A DNA stretch of 63,017 nucleotides, counting the filler, from Chiloscyllium plagiosum (taxonomy: Eukaryota): NCBI RefSeq assembly GCF_004010195.1. It is 3 parts of 3 records of this genome, joined end to end, with 100 filler letters (N's around TTAATTAATTAA, not from the genome) between each part and the next. Parts side by side here need not be neighbours in the genome. Positions count along the whole stretch, not along the records: positions 1 to 18,394 come from NC_057717.1; positions 18,495 to 45,291 come from NW_025213837.1; 1 more part is not named here. One strand, given 5' to 3'. Each line of letters begins with the position of its first letter. Within the stretch, counting starts at the first letter, position 1. Below the pieces are notes generated by a model. The model did not search any database. It was given only the letters and a program-made list of their open reading frames with translations, and was not told the origin of the DNA. The position numbers and the translations under genes were made by a program. Shown one piece after another: positions 12,727-25,667 of the stretch.

Positions 12727-13311
12727 ATGAGTTGTGGACACCGTAGATTTTCCTCATCTATTTATCAAGGCTTCTGAATTCCCAATCTACAATCTGTCCT
12801 GTTGCTGACTCGAACAGTGAGTTCACTTAAGTTTGTCAGTGTGTAACTGTAATAAATATTGATGGCCTTTCGCTTTCACTTTGATATCTTTGAGATTATT
12901 ATAGTTGGAATAATTTATAGCTTCCCAATTCAACTTGTTTTTTTTTTACTTGTTCCTTATTCAGAATGGTTGCCTCCCTTATATGTTGAGCCCTTGTATT
13001 CTCTTTCTGGCGAATGTTACAGATGTACATAAAATTCACGGCTCATAGTGCATGCAATCTCGTCTCAATGTAGCATCCAGTCAATATATTCACTTCTATT
13101 AACTTTAACATAAGCTTTTCGATTAAAATGCTTCTGAAATGGTTAATAAATCTTGAATGAAATGCACTAACTTTGAGTTTGCTTGATTCTTTCTTCAAGT
13201 CCAATAAGTAAAAATATATTTTCCCAAGGATACACGTCCCACTCCCTTCCCAGCAAACACTTTTCACTTGATCTGTCCAGTTGTGTTTCATCCAGTCATA
13301 AGGTTAATGCT

Positions 13312-13325
13312 GCGCCACCAAGTGG
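13312..13325 (-). promoter_or_regulatory. CTCF-like motif 3' of IgM TM2
   Basis: Minus strand reads CCACTTGGTGGCGC, one mismatch to the CCASYAGRKGGCRS core. Confidence 0.55.
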
Positions 13326-14836
13326 ACCACTAATATAAATGCATCTTTCACACTGTCTGTCTTAGAGAATTCTCCAGAGGCAGAATGATGAGACACCGTT
13401 TCCTCTTAAGTACAAATCGTCACACCCACGTGTCATGTGATAAGAAAAATCAGGAATATTGCTCCTCAGAAACGTATAAGAGGCAAGCAATGGAATTAGA
13501 AAGTTGAATCTGTTAAAAAACTAAAACTAAAAGTACTCCCAATGTCAGGACAGCCTGGGTTAGTAATGCATAACTCGACACCCCAAATGTCCAACTAAAC
13601 GTTCATCAGCCAAAAATGTCAACGTTCAGTCACATATGCAGGCACAACACATGAACAAACCAAGGCTGGATTCTCTCAACTGGAGTTTTTCTCACACATA
13701 TGACTCATGGAGCATAAATTCTAGGATATATATGACACACCACACCTCTCAAATCACATTAAGTGAGGCTGTGATATGTTTTATACAGGAATATTACTGA
13801 ACAGAAACCCTCAAAAATTATAAATCACAGCTCGATTTCTGTGACAGAAATTCTTTCGCTCTCTTACCCTAAACCTACACCCTCTCGTTCTGGACTCCCT
13901 GAATCCAGGAAAAAAATCCTGTCTATCCACTATATCTACGCCACTCAAAATGTTATACTCCTCGCCCTCAGATGCTCCAGGGAAAACAAGCAGCTTATTA
14001 AGCCTCTTATTATATTACTGAATGTGGCTGTGAAGATGTAGAAACCGGGAGGGAGTCCTTCATAAATCATGCTGCATTTTACATGAATGATATCATTGTT
14101 TTAATATCAGTTAGTTTGAAATCGAGGATGGGCGCCTTTTCAATTTCTAGAGCTTGCTGTTAATAGAACCTATAAATTATTTCTGTATTTGTAATAACTT
14201 TTATCAACCGGTCATTTTACATTTAGTTGTTACAGTTATCATGTGAATTACTGCACTTCACTGAGTACTTAACCAAAAAAAATCCCCAAAGCACAATAAA
14301 GTATAACTGCAAATTAAATACTGTCTCTAATTATTACAAAATAAAAGTATTTAGCAATTCAATGACATCAAATTGCTGGGAATGTGGTAAACAAGTCAGA
14401 TCTGAGGTCGGCAAAAATTTACAGAATGTCATTAATAAATTTACAGTGTGGTGAAATAATTGGCAAACGAAGTTCGATACAGATTAATGTAACGTGATGT
14501 ATCTTGGTAGGAATAGTGTAGCAGGTCACTTATTCGAATTTGCACGTCTAATTGGAAGAGACAGATAAAGGGGTCTCACACAATTACATCAGTCACTGAA
14601 AAAATTGCAAAAGGAAAACGAAGACCATCAAAACACAAACAAAGCTCTAAGCTTTATGTATAAATGGAGAGATTTGAAAGTAGGGATATCTTGCTAAATA
14701 CCTATTAAAACTGGTTTCGACTATAATTAAAAGTATTGCCTGCAGTTCCTGCTGCCACGTTATAGAATGGACACACAAGCAGTGGAGAGGATGAAGAGAG
14801 ATTTAAAAGAGTGAAACACAAATTCATAGGTGTGTA

Positions 14837-14914
14837 TGTTTTTTGGAGGAGTTGTTGTGCCGTTCACTTCTTTCTTGTTTTTTGGAGGAGTTGTTGTGCC
14901 GTTCACTTCTTTCT
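14837..14914. repeat. Perfect 39-bp tandem duplication
   Basis: TGTTTTTTGGAGGAGTTGTTGTGCCGTTCACTTCTTTCT x2. Confidence 0.9.
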
Positions 14915-15039
14915 TGAAAAGAAAAACAGGCTGAGGGGTCAAAAATTATGAAAGGTTTTGATAAGAGCAGGTGCAGAGAAAACATTTCCTCCATGGAGTG
15001 GAGCAGAAGTAGAGGTTGTCAATAAAAAAAAGGAAGCAC

Positions 15040-16993
15040 ATGTCAGCTATAGACAGGATAGATCGAGTGAATACTTAGAAGAGTATAAAGGCAGTTAGTG
15101 TGTACTTAAGTGAGAAATCAGGCGGGTAAAAAAGGGGACAGGAGATGGCTTTGGCAAACTGAGTTCAGGAGAATCCAAAGGGCTTTGACAAATACGTTAA
15201 GGACAACAGGGTAACTAGAGAGAGTATCGGACCCCTCAAAGATCAGCAAGGCAGCCTTTGTGTGGAAACGCAGAAGATGGGGCAGATACTGAACAAGTAT
15301 TTTGCATCAGTGTTTACTGTGGAAAAGTGCATGGAAGATATAGAATGTAAGGAAATACATGGTGACATCTTGAAAAATGTCCATATTACAGAGGGCGAAG
15401 TGCTAGATGTCTTGAAACGCATAAAAGTTATAAATCCCCAGGAGCTGATCAGGTGTACCCTAGAACTCTGTGGAAAGCTAGGGAAGTGATTGCAGGGCCT
15501 CTTACTGTGATATCTGTAGCATTGATAGTCACAGGTGAGGTGCCCGAAGCCTGGATGTTGGCTAACGTGGTGCCACTGATTAAGAAAGGTGGTAAGGACA
15601 AATCAGGGAGCTACGGACCAGATAGTTTGATGCCAGTAGTGGGCACGTTGTTGGAGGGAATCTTGAGGGGCAGGATGTACATGTAATTGGAAAGGCAAGG
15701 ACTTATTAGGGATAATCAACATGGCTTTATGCGTGGGAAGTCATGTCTCAAAAACTTGATTGAGTTCTTTTGAAGAAGTAACAAAGAGGATTGATGAGGG
15801 CAGAGTGGTAGACCTTATCTATATGGACATCAGTAAGGTGCGCAACAAGGTTCCCCATGAGAAACTGGTGAGCAAGGTTAGATTTCATGGAATACTGTGG
15901 CTACTCACCATTTGGATACAGAACTGACTCAAAGGTAGAAGACAGAGGGTGGGAGTGGAGGGTTGTTTTTCAGACTGGAGGCCTGTGACCAGTGGAGTGC
16001 CAAAAAGATCGTTGCTAGGTCCATTACATTTCATCATTTATGTCAATGATTTGGATGTGAGAATAAGAAGTATAGTTGGTCCGTTTACAGATGACACCAA
16101 AATTGGAGGTGCAGTGGACAGCGAAGGTTACTCCAGATTATAATGGGATCTTTTGCAGATGGGACAATGAGCTGAGAAGTGACAGATGGATTTTAATTTA
16201 GATAAATGTGAGGTGCTGCACTTCGGGAAAGCAAATTTTAGCAGGACTTATGGTAAGGTCCTAGGGAGTGTTACTGAACTAAAAGACCTTGAAGTGCAGG
16301 TTCATAGCTCCTTGAAAGCGGAGTCGCAGGCAGATAGTATAGTGAAGAAGACGTTTTGTATGCTTTCCTTTATTGGTCAGAGTACTGAGTACAGGAGTTG
16401 GGAGATCATGGTGCAGCTGTACGGGACATTGATTAGGCCACTTTTGGAATATTGCGCGCATTCTGGTCTCCTTCCTATCAGAAAAGATGTTGTGAATTTT
16501 GGAAGTGTTCAGAAAACATTTACAAGGATATTGCCAGGATTGAAGGATTTCACCCATCGGGAGAGGTTGAAACGGCTAGGGCTATTTTCCCTGGAGCATC
16601 AGAGACTGAAGGGTGACATGATAGAGGTTTATAAAATCATGAGGGGCTTGGATAGGATAAACAGACAATGCATTTTCCCTGGGATGGGGGAGTCCAGAAC
16701 GAGAGGGCATAGATTTAGGGTGGGAGGGGAAAGATATAAAAGAGACCTAAGAGGCAACATTTTCACTCAGAGGGTGATATATGTATGGAGTGAGCTGCCA
16801 GAGGAAGTGGTGACGGCTAGTACAATTGCAACATTTAAAAGACATTTGGATAGGTATATGAATAGGAAGGGTTGGAGGGATATGGGCCGTGTGCTGGCAG
16901 ATGGGAATAGACTGGGTTGGGATATATGGTCGGAATGGATGAGTTGGACCCAAGGGACTATTTCCGTACTGTACATCTCGATGACTCTATGAG
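15040..16993 (+). mobile_element. CR1-clade (HER1-like) LINE, 5'-truncated RT region to 3' tail, disrupted
   Basis: ORF pieces YFASVFTVE, ANVVPLIKKG, WRPVTSGVP, FTDDTKIGG, CEVLHFG, RPLLEYC, GDMIEVYKIM; tail ...atgactctatga. Confidence 0.93.
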
Positions 16994-17024
16994 TCCCCAC
17001 GAAATCCAAAAGGGAATTAAGATG

Positions 17025-18075
17025 AACCTGCGCTCCAAGGTCTTTTTGTTCAGCAACACTCCCTAGGACCTTCCCATTAACTGCCTAAATCCTGCTAAGA
17101 TTTGCTTGCCCAAAATGCAGCACCTCGCATTTATTTGAATTCAACTCCATCTGCCACTTCTCAGCCCATTGGTCGAACTGGTCAAGATCCTGTTGTAATC
17201 TGAGGTAACCTTCTTCGCTGTCCACTACACCTCCAATTTTGGTGTCATCTGCAAGCTTACTAACTGTAACTCTTAAGCTCGGTTCCAAATCATTTATATA
17301 ATTGACAAAAAGTATAGATCCCAGCACCATTCCTTGTGGCACTCCACTAGTCACAGGCCTCCAGTCTGAAAAACACCATCCACCATCACGTTCTGTCTTC
17401 TGCCTTTGAGCCAGTTCTGTATCCAAATGGTTGGTTCACCCTGTATTTAAGATCTAACCTTGCTGACCAGTCTCCTCTGGGGAGTTTTGCTGAATGTCTT
17501 ACTGAAGTCCATGTAGATCACCGGCACCGCTCTGTCCTCATCAATCCTCTTTATTATTTCTTCAAAAAAGCTCAGTCAGGTTTGTGAGACATGATTTCCC
17601 ACGCACCAAGTCACGTTGACTATCCCTAATAAGTCCTTGCCTTTTGAAATACATGCACATCCTGTCCCTCAGGATTCCCTGCATCTTTATGCGTTTCAAG
17701 ACATCCAGCACTTCCTTCTCTGTAATATGCACATTTTGCAAGGTGTCACCATCTATTTCCCTACAATCTATATCTTCTATATCCTTTTCCACAGTAAATA
17801 CTGATGCAAAATACTCGTTTGGCATCTCCCCATTTTCTGCAGCTCCACACAAAGGCCGCTTTGTCGATCTCTGAGGGGTCCTATTCTCTCCCGACTTCCC
17901 CTTTTGTTCTTAATGTATTTGTAAAAACCTTTTGGATTCTCCTTAATTCTATTTGCGAAAGCTATCTCTTAAATATACTCCTCCTGCCATTATACTCTTT
18001 TTAGGATGCACTCGATCTATCCCGTCTATACCTTACATATGCTTCCTTCGTTTTCTTAACTAAACCCTCAATTTC
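17025..18075 (-). mobile_element. CR1-clade LINE RT fragment
   Basis: Minus ORFs EYFASVFTVEK, GKSCLTNLTE, WRPVTSGVPQG, ADDTKIGG, AEKWQMELN. Confidence 0.92.
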
Positions 18076-18394
18076 TTACCTGGATAGGTGCAACTCTGAC
18101 AATCCTGAACAAGCTAGACACAAAGCTGCCTGCCTGTTTGGCACCACATCCACAAACATTCAGTCCCTCCATCACCAGCACTCAGTGGCAGCAGTTATTA
18201 CACTCTACATGGTGCACTGCGGAAATTAACCAAAGATTCCAAGACAGCATCTTCCAAACACACAGCCACTTCCATCCAGAAAGACAAGGGGAGCAGGTAC
18301 TTGAGAACACCACCATCTGCAAGTCCCCTCCAAGCCACTCACCATCCTGACTTGGAAATATATCGCCATTCCTTCACAGTCGTTGGGTCAAAAC

Positions 18395-18494
18395 NNNNNN
18401 NNNNNNNNNNNNNNNNNNNNNNNNNNNNNNNNNNNNNNTTAATTAATTAANNNNNNNNNNNNNNNNNNNNNNNNNNNNNNNNNNNNNNNNNNNN
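18395..18494. other. Synthetic scaffold-joining spacer
   Basis: Exactly 44 N + TTAATTAATTAA (stops in all six frames) + 44 N = 100 nt. Confidence 0.97.
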
Positions 18495-19069
18495 GTGAGT
18501 GGGATTCCACAATATTGTGATTCTGTGATACAAATGTAAGTTCCTGCTTTCCATTCTAGCCCTGAAGCATGCATGTGGTTCTCTCGCATATCCACTCAAG
18601 AGATGGCAACCCTTTGAAGACAGGAGCAGCCTCTATTCTTTTGGAAAGTACTTCTTCCACTCTGTCCTTCACAGCCTTGTAGACAGCAACACTGAGATCG
18701 GGAAATAACCCAAAGCTATAATCTTCTGGACTCTTCATTAAACTGTGGAACCTGAAAAATACAATTAATGTCCAAGTCAATGAAGATATTTCTCAGCAAT
18801 CCCTAAATGCTGAGTTTTAGTACTCAGCAGGCCCAGGAGTCAAAATAACTGTGTAGATCATTGCTCTGAATTGCTCATAAATTTCACTTTCACATTTCTG
18901 GAGGCTTTGATCAAAAAGGTTGCTTACCCCTCTCCAATATACAGCTTAAAATCAGTTCCAACTCCCAACCATCCAACTGAGAGCGGAGCCCTGTACAAAC
19001 TAGAACCTGGTCAGTGGGAGCACTGTCACCTCTGTCTCAGAAGCTTTGTCTATTTAAACCAGAGAGTTA

Positions 19070-19620
19070 GTCAGAGAGTTATTCGGCACAGAACAGACCC
19101 TTCAGTTCAACTCATCCATGCCAAACAGATATCCTAAATTAATCTCATCCCATTTGCCAGGATTTGGCCTATATCCCTCAAAACCCTTCCTATTCATTTA
19201 CCCATCCAGATGCCTTTTAAATGTTGTAATTGTACTAGCCTCCACCATTTTCTCTGGGAGTTCACGCCATGCATGCACCATCCTCTGCATGAAAACGTTG
19301 CCACTCAGATCCCTTACAAATCCTTCCCCTCACGTTAAACCTATGCCATCGAGTTTTGGACTCACATGCCCCAGGAAAAGACCTTGGCTATCGATGCCCC
19401 TCAAGATTTTATAAACCTCTATTAGGTCACCCCTCAGCCTGCACCGCTCCAGGGAAAATAGTCCCAGTCTATTCAGCCTCTCCCTACAGCTCAAACCCTC
19501 CAACCCCGGCTACATTGTTGCAAATCTTTTTTGCCCCCTTTCAAGTTGAACAACATTGTTCCTGTAGCAGGAAGACCAGAACAGAGCCCTGTATTCTCAA
19601 GGTGTCCTCACCAATGGCCA
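19070..19620 (-). mobile_element. CR1 LINE 3' end
   Basis: Reverse-complement similarity to the CR1 3' region at 16500-16990. Confidence 0.8.
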
Positions 19621-22355
19621 CTTTGGGGGGCAGCCAGAACATGGCAGCCAGAACTCTCTCATTTTGTTGGAACGAAAGAGACTCACGATTGGTGTGTCAC
19701 CTCCCAAGTACCAGGGTACGTGATGTCTCTGATCATGTTTTTGGGATTCTTGAGGGGGAGGTGGTGCAGCCCCAATTCATGGTCCACACAGGCACCAGCG
19801 ACATAGGTAGGAAGAAAGGTGGGGATTTAAGACAGGGATTCAGGGAACTAGGGTGGAAGCTTAGAGCTAGAACAAACAGAGTTGTTATCTCTGGTTTGTT
19901 GCCCGTGCTAAATGCTAGTGAAACAAGGAACAGGGAGAGAGCGGAGCTGAACACGTGGCTGCAGGGATGATGCAGGAGGGAGTGTTTTGGATTCTTGGAT
20001 AATTTGAGCTCTTTCTGGGGAAGGTGGTCCCTCTACAAACAGGATGGTCTACACCTGAACCAGAGGGGTACCAATATCCTGGTGGGGGGAAAGTTTGACA
20101 ATGGTCTTCGCAGGGGAGTTTAAACTAATGCAGCGGGGGATGGTAACCTGAATTATAGTCCCAGTGTACAGGTGATTGAGGGTAGTGAGGTCAGGGATAG
20201 GTTTACAAGGTCGCACGATGGCACCAGAAATCAGAGTTTAGGTTTGAAATGTGTGTACATCAACGCCAGGAGCATCCGGAATAAGGTGGGTGAACTTGCA
20301 GCATGGGTAGGTACCTGAGATTTCGATATTGTGGCCATTTCAGAGACATGGATAGAGGAGGGACAGGATTGGTTGTTGCAGGTTCCAGGATTTTGATGTT
20401 TCAGCAAGAACAGAGAAGATGGTAAAAGAGGGAGGGGTGTGTTAATTAGGGGTAGTATTTCAGCAGCTGAGATAACATGTGAGGACTCATCCACTAAAGT
20501 AGTTTTGGCTGAGGTTAGAAGCAGGAAAGGAAAGGTCACCCTGTTGGGAGTTTTCTATAGGCCTCCAAATTGTTCCAGGGAAAGGATGGCAAAGATGATT
20601 CTCGATAAGAGTGAGTGTAACAGGGTAGTTGTTATGGGGGACTTTAACTTCCCCAATATTGACTGGGAGTACTATAGTTCAAGTAATTTAGATGGGTCAG
20701 TTTTGTTCAATGTGTGGAGGAGGGTTTCCTGACACAGTATGTAGACAGGCTAACAAGCGGGGTGATGCCATATTGGATTTGATACTGGGGAATGAACCTG
20801 GCCTAGTGTGATAGATATGGACGTCAGTGAACATTTCGGCGATAGTGACCACAATTCGGTTATGTTTGCAATAGCAGTGGACAGTGATAGGTATTTCCTG
20901 CAGGGAAAGAGGTATAACTGGGGAAAGGCAATTATGATGCGATTAGGCAAGATTTAGGATGCAGCAGATGGGGAAGGAAACTACAGTGGATGGATACACT
21001 TGAAATGTGGAGCTTATTCAAGGAACAGCTACTGTGGGTCCTTGATAAGTATATACTTATCAGGCAGGGAGGTAGTTGTTGAGAGATGGAGCCGTGGTTT
21101 ACTAAAGCAGTTGAAGCTCTTGTCAAGAGGAAGAAGGCGGTTTATGCAAGGATGAGGCATGAAGGCTCAGTTTGGGGGCTTTAGAGTTATAAATTAGCCA
21201 AAAGAGATCAAAAGAGAGGGCTAAGAAGAGCCAAGAGGGGACATGAGAAATTGTTGGTGGACAGGATCAAGGAAAACCCTAAGGCCTTCTACAGGTATAT
21301 CAGGAATTATAGAATGACTGGAGTAAGATTAGGGCCAATCTAAAGATAGTTGTGGGAAGTTGCATGTGGAATCTGAGGAGATAGGGGAAACGCTTAATGA
21401 ACACTTTTCATCAGCATTTCCACTGGAAAAGGGCAATGTTAGTGAGAATATGGAGATACAGGCTACGAGATTAGACGGGATTGTGGTTGACAACGAGATC
21501 ATTTGAGCAATTTTGGAAGATCTGAAAACAGATAAGACAACTGGGCCGGAGGGGATTGATCCTCAGATTCTCTGGGAAGCCAGGAGGAGATTGCAGAGCC
21601 TTTGGCTTTGATCTTTATGTCATCATTGTCAATAGGAGCAGTGCCAGAGGCTGGGAGAATAGCAAATGGTGTTCCCTTGTTTAAGAAGGGGAGTCGAGAC
21701 GATCCTGGTAATTATAGGCCAGTGAGTCTTACTTCGGTTGTGGGTAAGGTGTTGTAAAAGATTATAAGAGATAGGATTCATAATCATCTGGAAAGGAATA
21801 ATTTGATTAGAGATAGTCAATGGTTTTGTGAAGGGCAGGTCATGCCTAACTAACCTTATTGAGTTCTTCGAGAAGGTGATAAAAAAGGTGGATGAAGTTA
21901 AAGTGGTTGATGCAGTGTATATGGATATATGATAAGGTTCCACACGGTACGCTATTGCACAAAATACAGAGCTTTGTGACTGAAGGTGATTTAATGAATT
22001 CAATCAGAAATTGGTGAGCTGAAAGAAGACAGAGGGTGGTGGTTGATGGAAAATTATCATCCTGGAGCTCAGTTCCAGTGGTGTGCTGCAAGGATCTGTA
22101 TTGAGTTCACTGCTGTTTGTCATGTTTATAAATGATCTGGATGTGGGTGTAGAAGGATGGGTTAGTAAATTTGCGGATGACACTAAGGTAGGCAGAGTTG
22201 GAGACAGTGCTGAAGGATGTTGTGGGTTACTGAGGGACATAGATAAAATGCAGAGCTGGGCTGAGAAGTGGCAAATGGAGTTTAATGCGGAAAAGTGTGA
22301 GGTAGTTCACTTCGGGAGAGATAACAGGAATACAGAGTACTGGGCTAATGATAAA
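19620..22355 (+). mobile_element. Near-full-length degenerate CR1 LINE (ORF1 esterase-like, ORF2 endonuclease and RT)
   Basis: ORF1-like VCHLPSTRVRDV...VHTGTSDIG...VVISGLLPV; APE motifs INARSIRNK, FYRPP, VMGDFNFPNIDW, SDH; RT motifs LQGSVL, FINDL, FADDTK. Confidence 0.92.
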
Positions 22356-23261
22356 GTTAGAAAATCAAGGGGGCTCCAGTGCATTGTGAGCCCTTTAAAA
22401 AAAAACTGGGAATTCCATGAATGAGACGAAGGGAATGGCCGATATGTACAATAATTAGTTGTGTCAGTCTTCACAGTCAAGGAACGGGATAATGCAGCTT
22501 CCATTCCAGGGAGGTGAGTAATGAATTGAAGACTGGAATTCGCAAAACTTGATACATGCCAGAAAACAGCATTGGAAAGCGAGCAGCTCTAAAGGCTGGC
22601 AGATCTCCAGGACCTCAGGGGTTTAAAGGAGGGGGGTGGGGGGAAGTTTCAGAAGCTTTTCCCATCAGGTTCCAAAGCAGCAACCATTCCTTTAGTTTGG
22701 AAAATGTCTTGCTGTAACTCCACAGGTTCAAGAAAGATGAGAGAGGGAACCAAAGAAATTATATCCTGGTCAATCTAACATCTCTTTTGGGGGGTTTCAT
22801 TGGAATCTATAATTAACAGCCGAGAGAATGAACATGTGGAGAATTGGAAATGGCCCTAGATTTGTGATGGGTAGGTTCTGACTGATGAACCAAATGCATG
22901 AACTAAAATAGTCGATAGGACATATAGTCTTATCAACTTTCTGAAGTACTTAATTATTTCCCACAATACAGTCTGATGACCAAAGTTAAAACCCATGGGA
23001 TTGAAGATGAATGTTTGACTTGGTTCGGAGGCTGACAGACGACAGAGAAAGAAAGTGATGAGTTGGTGTTCCACAAGGATTCTGTGGTGAGGCCTTAACT
23101 AATTACTGTATGTATTAATGAGAATCATAGTTCCACATTGACATAAAGACTGATGGAATAGTAAGCAGTGCAGATGGTCTTTTTGTTTTAAACTCACACT
23201 GAGGACATGAGTATTGCTGAGTGGGCCAGCATTTATTACACATTCCTAGTTGCTCTTGAGA

Positions 23262-23595
23262 ATCATAGAATCATTATACAGTGTGGTAGTAGGCCATTCA
23301 ACCCATCAAGTTCACACTAACCCACCAAAGAGCATCCCATCTGGACCAACCCCATCCCTCTAATGTTGCATTTCCCTTGGCTAACCCACCAAGCCTGCAC
23401 ATCCCTAGACACTACATGTAATTTAGCATGGCTAATCTACTTAACCTACACATCTATGGACTGTGTGGACGAAACTCACTCAGACATGGGGAAAATGTGC
23501 AAACACACACAGACAGTTATCCCAGGGTGGAATTGAACCCAAGTGCCTGATGCTGTGATATAGCAGCACTAACCACTGAGCCACAATCCTGCCCT
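23262..23595 (-). mobile_element. HE1-like SINE
   Basis: Degenerate match to the 41346-41678 copy. Confidence 0.75.
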
Positions 23596-24117
23596 TTGCA
23601 AGGTGGTGCTGAGCTGTCTTCTTGAACCACTGCAGTCCATGTGCTGTAGATAAACCCACAATGCCCTAAGGGAGGGAATTCCAGGATCTTGACCCAGCAA
23701 CACTGAAGGAACAGTAATATATTTTCAATCAGGATGCTATGTAGATTGGAGGGGAACCTGTAAGTGATGGTGTTGGTGTTCTGTGTATCTGCTGCTCTTG
23801 TCCTTCTAGATGTAAATGGTCATGGGTTGGGAAGGTGCTGACTCAGGAGACTGCAATGCATCTTGTATATGGTGCACACGGCTGCTACTGAGTATCAGTG
23901 GTGGAGGGAGTGGATGTTTGTGGATGTAGTGCCAATCAAGCAGGCTGCTTTGGACTGGATGGTTTCAAGCTTCTTGACTGTTTTTGGAGCTGCACCCATC
24001 CAGGGAAGTGGGGAGTAACCCATCACACTCCTATCCAAAACTTGACTGATCTTTTCTTAATTAATTTCAAGGATTGGGCATCACTTGGTATGCCAGCATT
24101 TATTGCTCAGAATCAAA

Positions 24118-24390
24118 TGGGGTGGCACAGTGGCTCACGCTGCTACCCCATAGCGCAGGGACCGGGGTTTGATTCCACCCTCCGGCTGTGTGGAGTATGC
24201 ACATTCTCCCTGTGTCTGCCTGGGTTCCGTCCAGGTGATCTGATTTCCTCCCACAGTCCAAATATATGTGAGTTAGATGGATTAACCATGGGAAATGCAA
24301 GGTTATAGGGGATTGGGTTTGGGTGGGATGCTCTTTGGAGAGGCAGTATATGCTGCATGGCCTGTTTACACATTGTTGGGGTTCTATGAA
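24118..24390 (+). mobile_element. HE1-like SINE
   Basis: tRNA-like head ggcacagtggct...gggtttgattcc; V-domain tgtgtggagtatgcacattctccc. Confidence 0.78.
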
Positions 24391-24704
24391 TTTCTTCACT
24401 CAGAGGGTTTTGAGACTTTCCCAGAGAGTTGTTGATACTTAGTCATTTGAATAAATTCAAGATGGAGAGAAGGCAATGGCCTAGTGGTATCATCACGAGA
24501 TTGTTAATCCAGAGAGCCAAGTCATGTTCTGGGGGACCTGGGTTCAAATCCTGGCAAGGCTTTTAAATTCAAAAAAACTCTGAAATTAAGAGTCTATTAA
24601 TGGCCATTGTTAGGGGCAAACCGCATTGGTCCCAACAATGTCCATTAGATTGCTGTCCTTGCCCATACCGACAGACACATGACTGCAGACCCGCAGCAAT
24701 GTTG

Positions 24705-24965
24705 AATCATAGAATTCCTACTGTGTGGAAGAAGACCATTAAGTTCAAGGAGCATTCCCCTCTCCTCTTGCTGCAGCCCTACACTATTCACAGCCAATTC
24801 AGCTAAGCTGCACATCTTTGGACTGAGAATGGAAAACTGGAGCACCTGGAGGAAACCCACACAGACATGGGGACAATAAGCAAACTCCATACAATCACCC
24901 AAGGTTGGACTTGAACTCAGGTCCATAGCACTGTAGGGCAGACATGCTAGCCACTGTGTCACCCA
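24705..24965 (-). mobile_element. HE1-like SINE
   Basis: ggagcacctggaggaaacccacacagac...caaactcca (reverse V-domain). Confidence 0.72.
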
Positions 24966-25653
24966 TTCCTCATCTCTGACCTAAATGTCTTTCCCCTTAT
25001 TCCCAGACTGTGACTCTGCTTTAGAATCCCCAGGTCGAAGCACATCCTTCCAAAATCTACCCTGTCAGGGCCCTGGAGAATTTAAAATGTTTCAGTGAAA
25101 TCTCCTCCCAACCTGCTAAATTCCAGGGAATCCTGACCCAGTCCCTCCCTCGATCATTGGACAATCCCCTCAACCCGTCACATGGACTGTTGGGTTTGAT
25201 CATCTCAGTAAGAGTTTCAAGGCGGGAAGGAGAAAAAAAGACTCTTTCTGCTTTGAATTGCTGCTAAAAATTTAATAAGCAGAAAAATATTGCCACCAAG
25301 TGTTGTTCACATACTCTTTCTTTTCATCAAAGTGCTGGCTGAGATTTCTTATGAATTTCAGGCAGTCACTGGTGGTGTCCTTATATTCTTTATTCCTGCC
25401 TTGCCTCTTGTTCATGTCATTTAGGAGAACGGAGTCAACCGAGAAGGAAATGAACAGCAGAGTTTGTTTTCTCTGTTGATTAAATTCACCTTGCTTGCTC
25501 CTCTAAGAACCTGAAGAAGGGGCAAGGCTCTGAAAGATTATGTTTTCTAATAGACGTGTTGGACTATAACCTGGTGTCGTATGATTGTTGACCTTGTCCT
25601 CTGATCACATTCAGATTATTCCCACGAGCACTGCATGTTCTTGCTTCTCCAGG

Positions 25654-25667
25654 TCAGCAGGGGGCGA
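25654..25667 (+). promoter_or_regulatory. CTCF-like motif 3' of the kappa C exon
   Basis: TCAGCAGGGGGCGA vs consensus CCAGCAGGGGGCGC; a perfect octamer ATGCAAAT lies at 25833-25840. Confidence 0.5.

Noticed and set aside
18439-18450. TTAATTAATTAA as a biological element (also 45336-45347)
   Set aside because: It is centred in identical 44-N flanks twice, so it is an artificial six-frame-stop linker.
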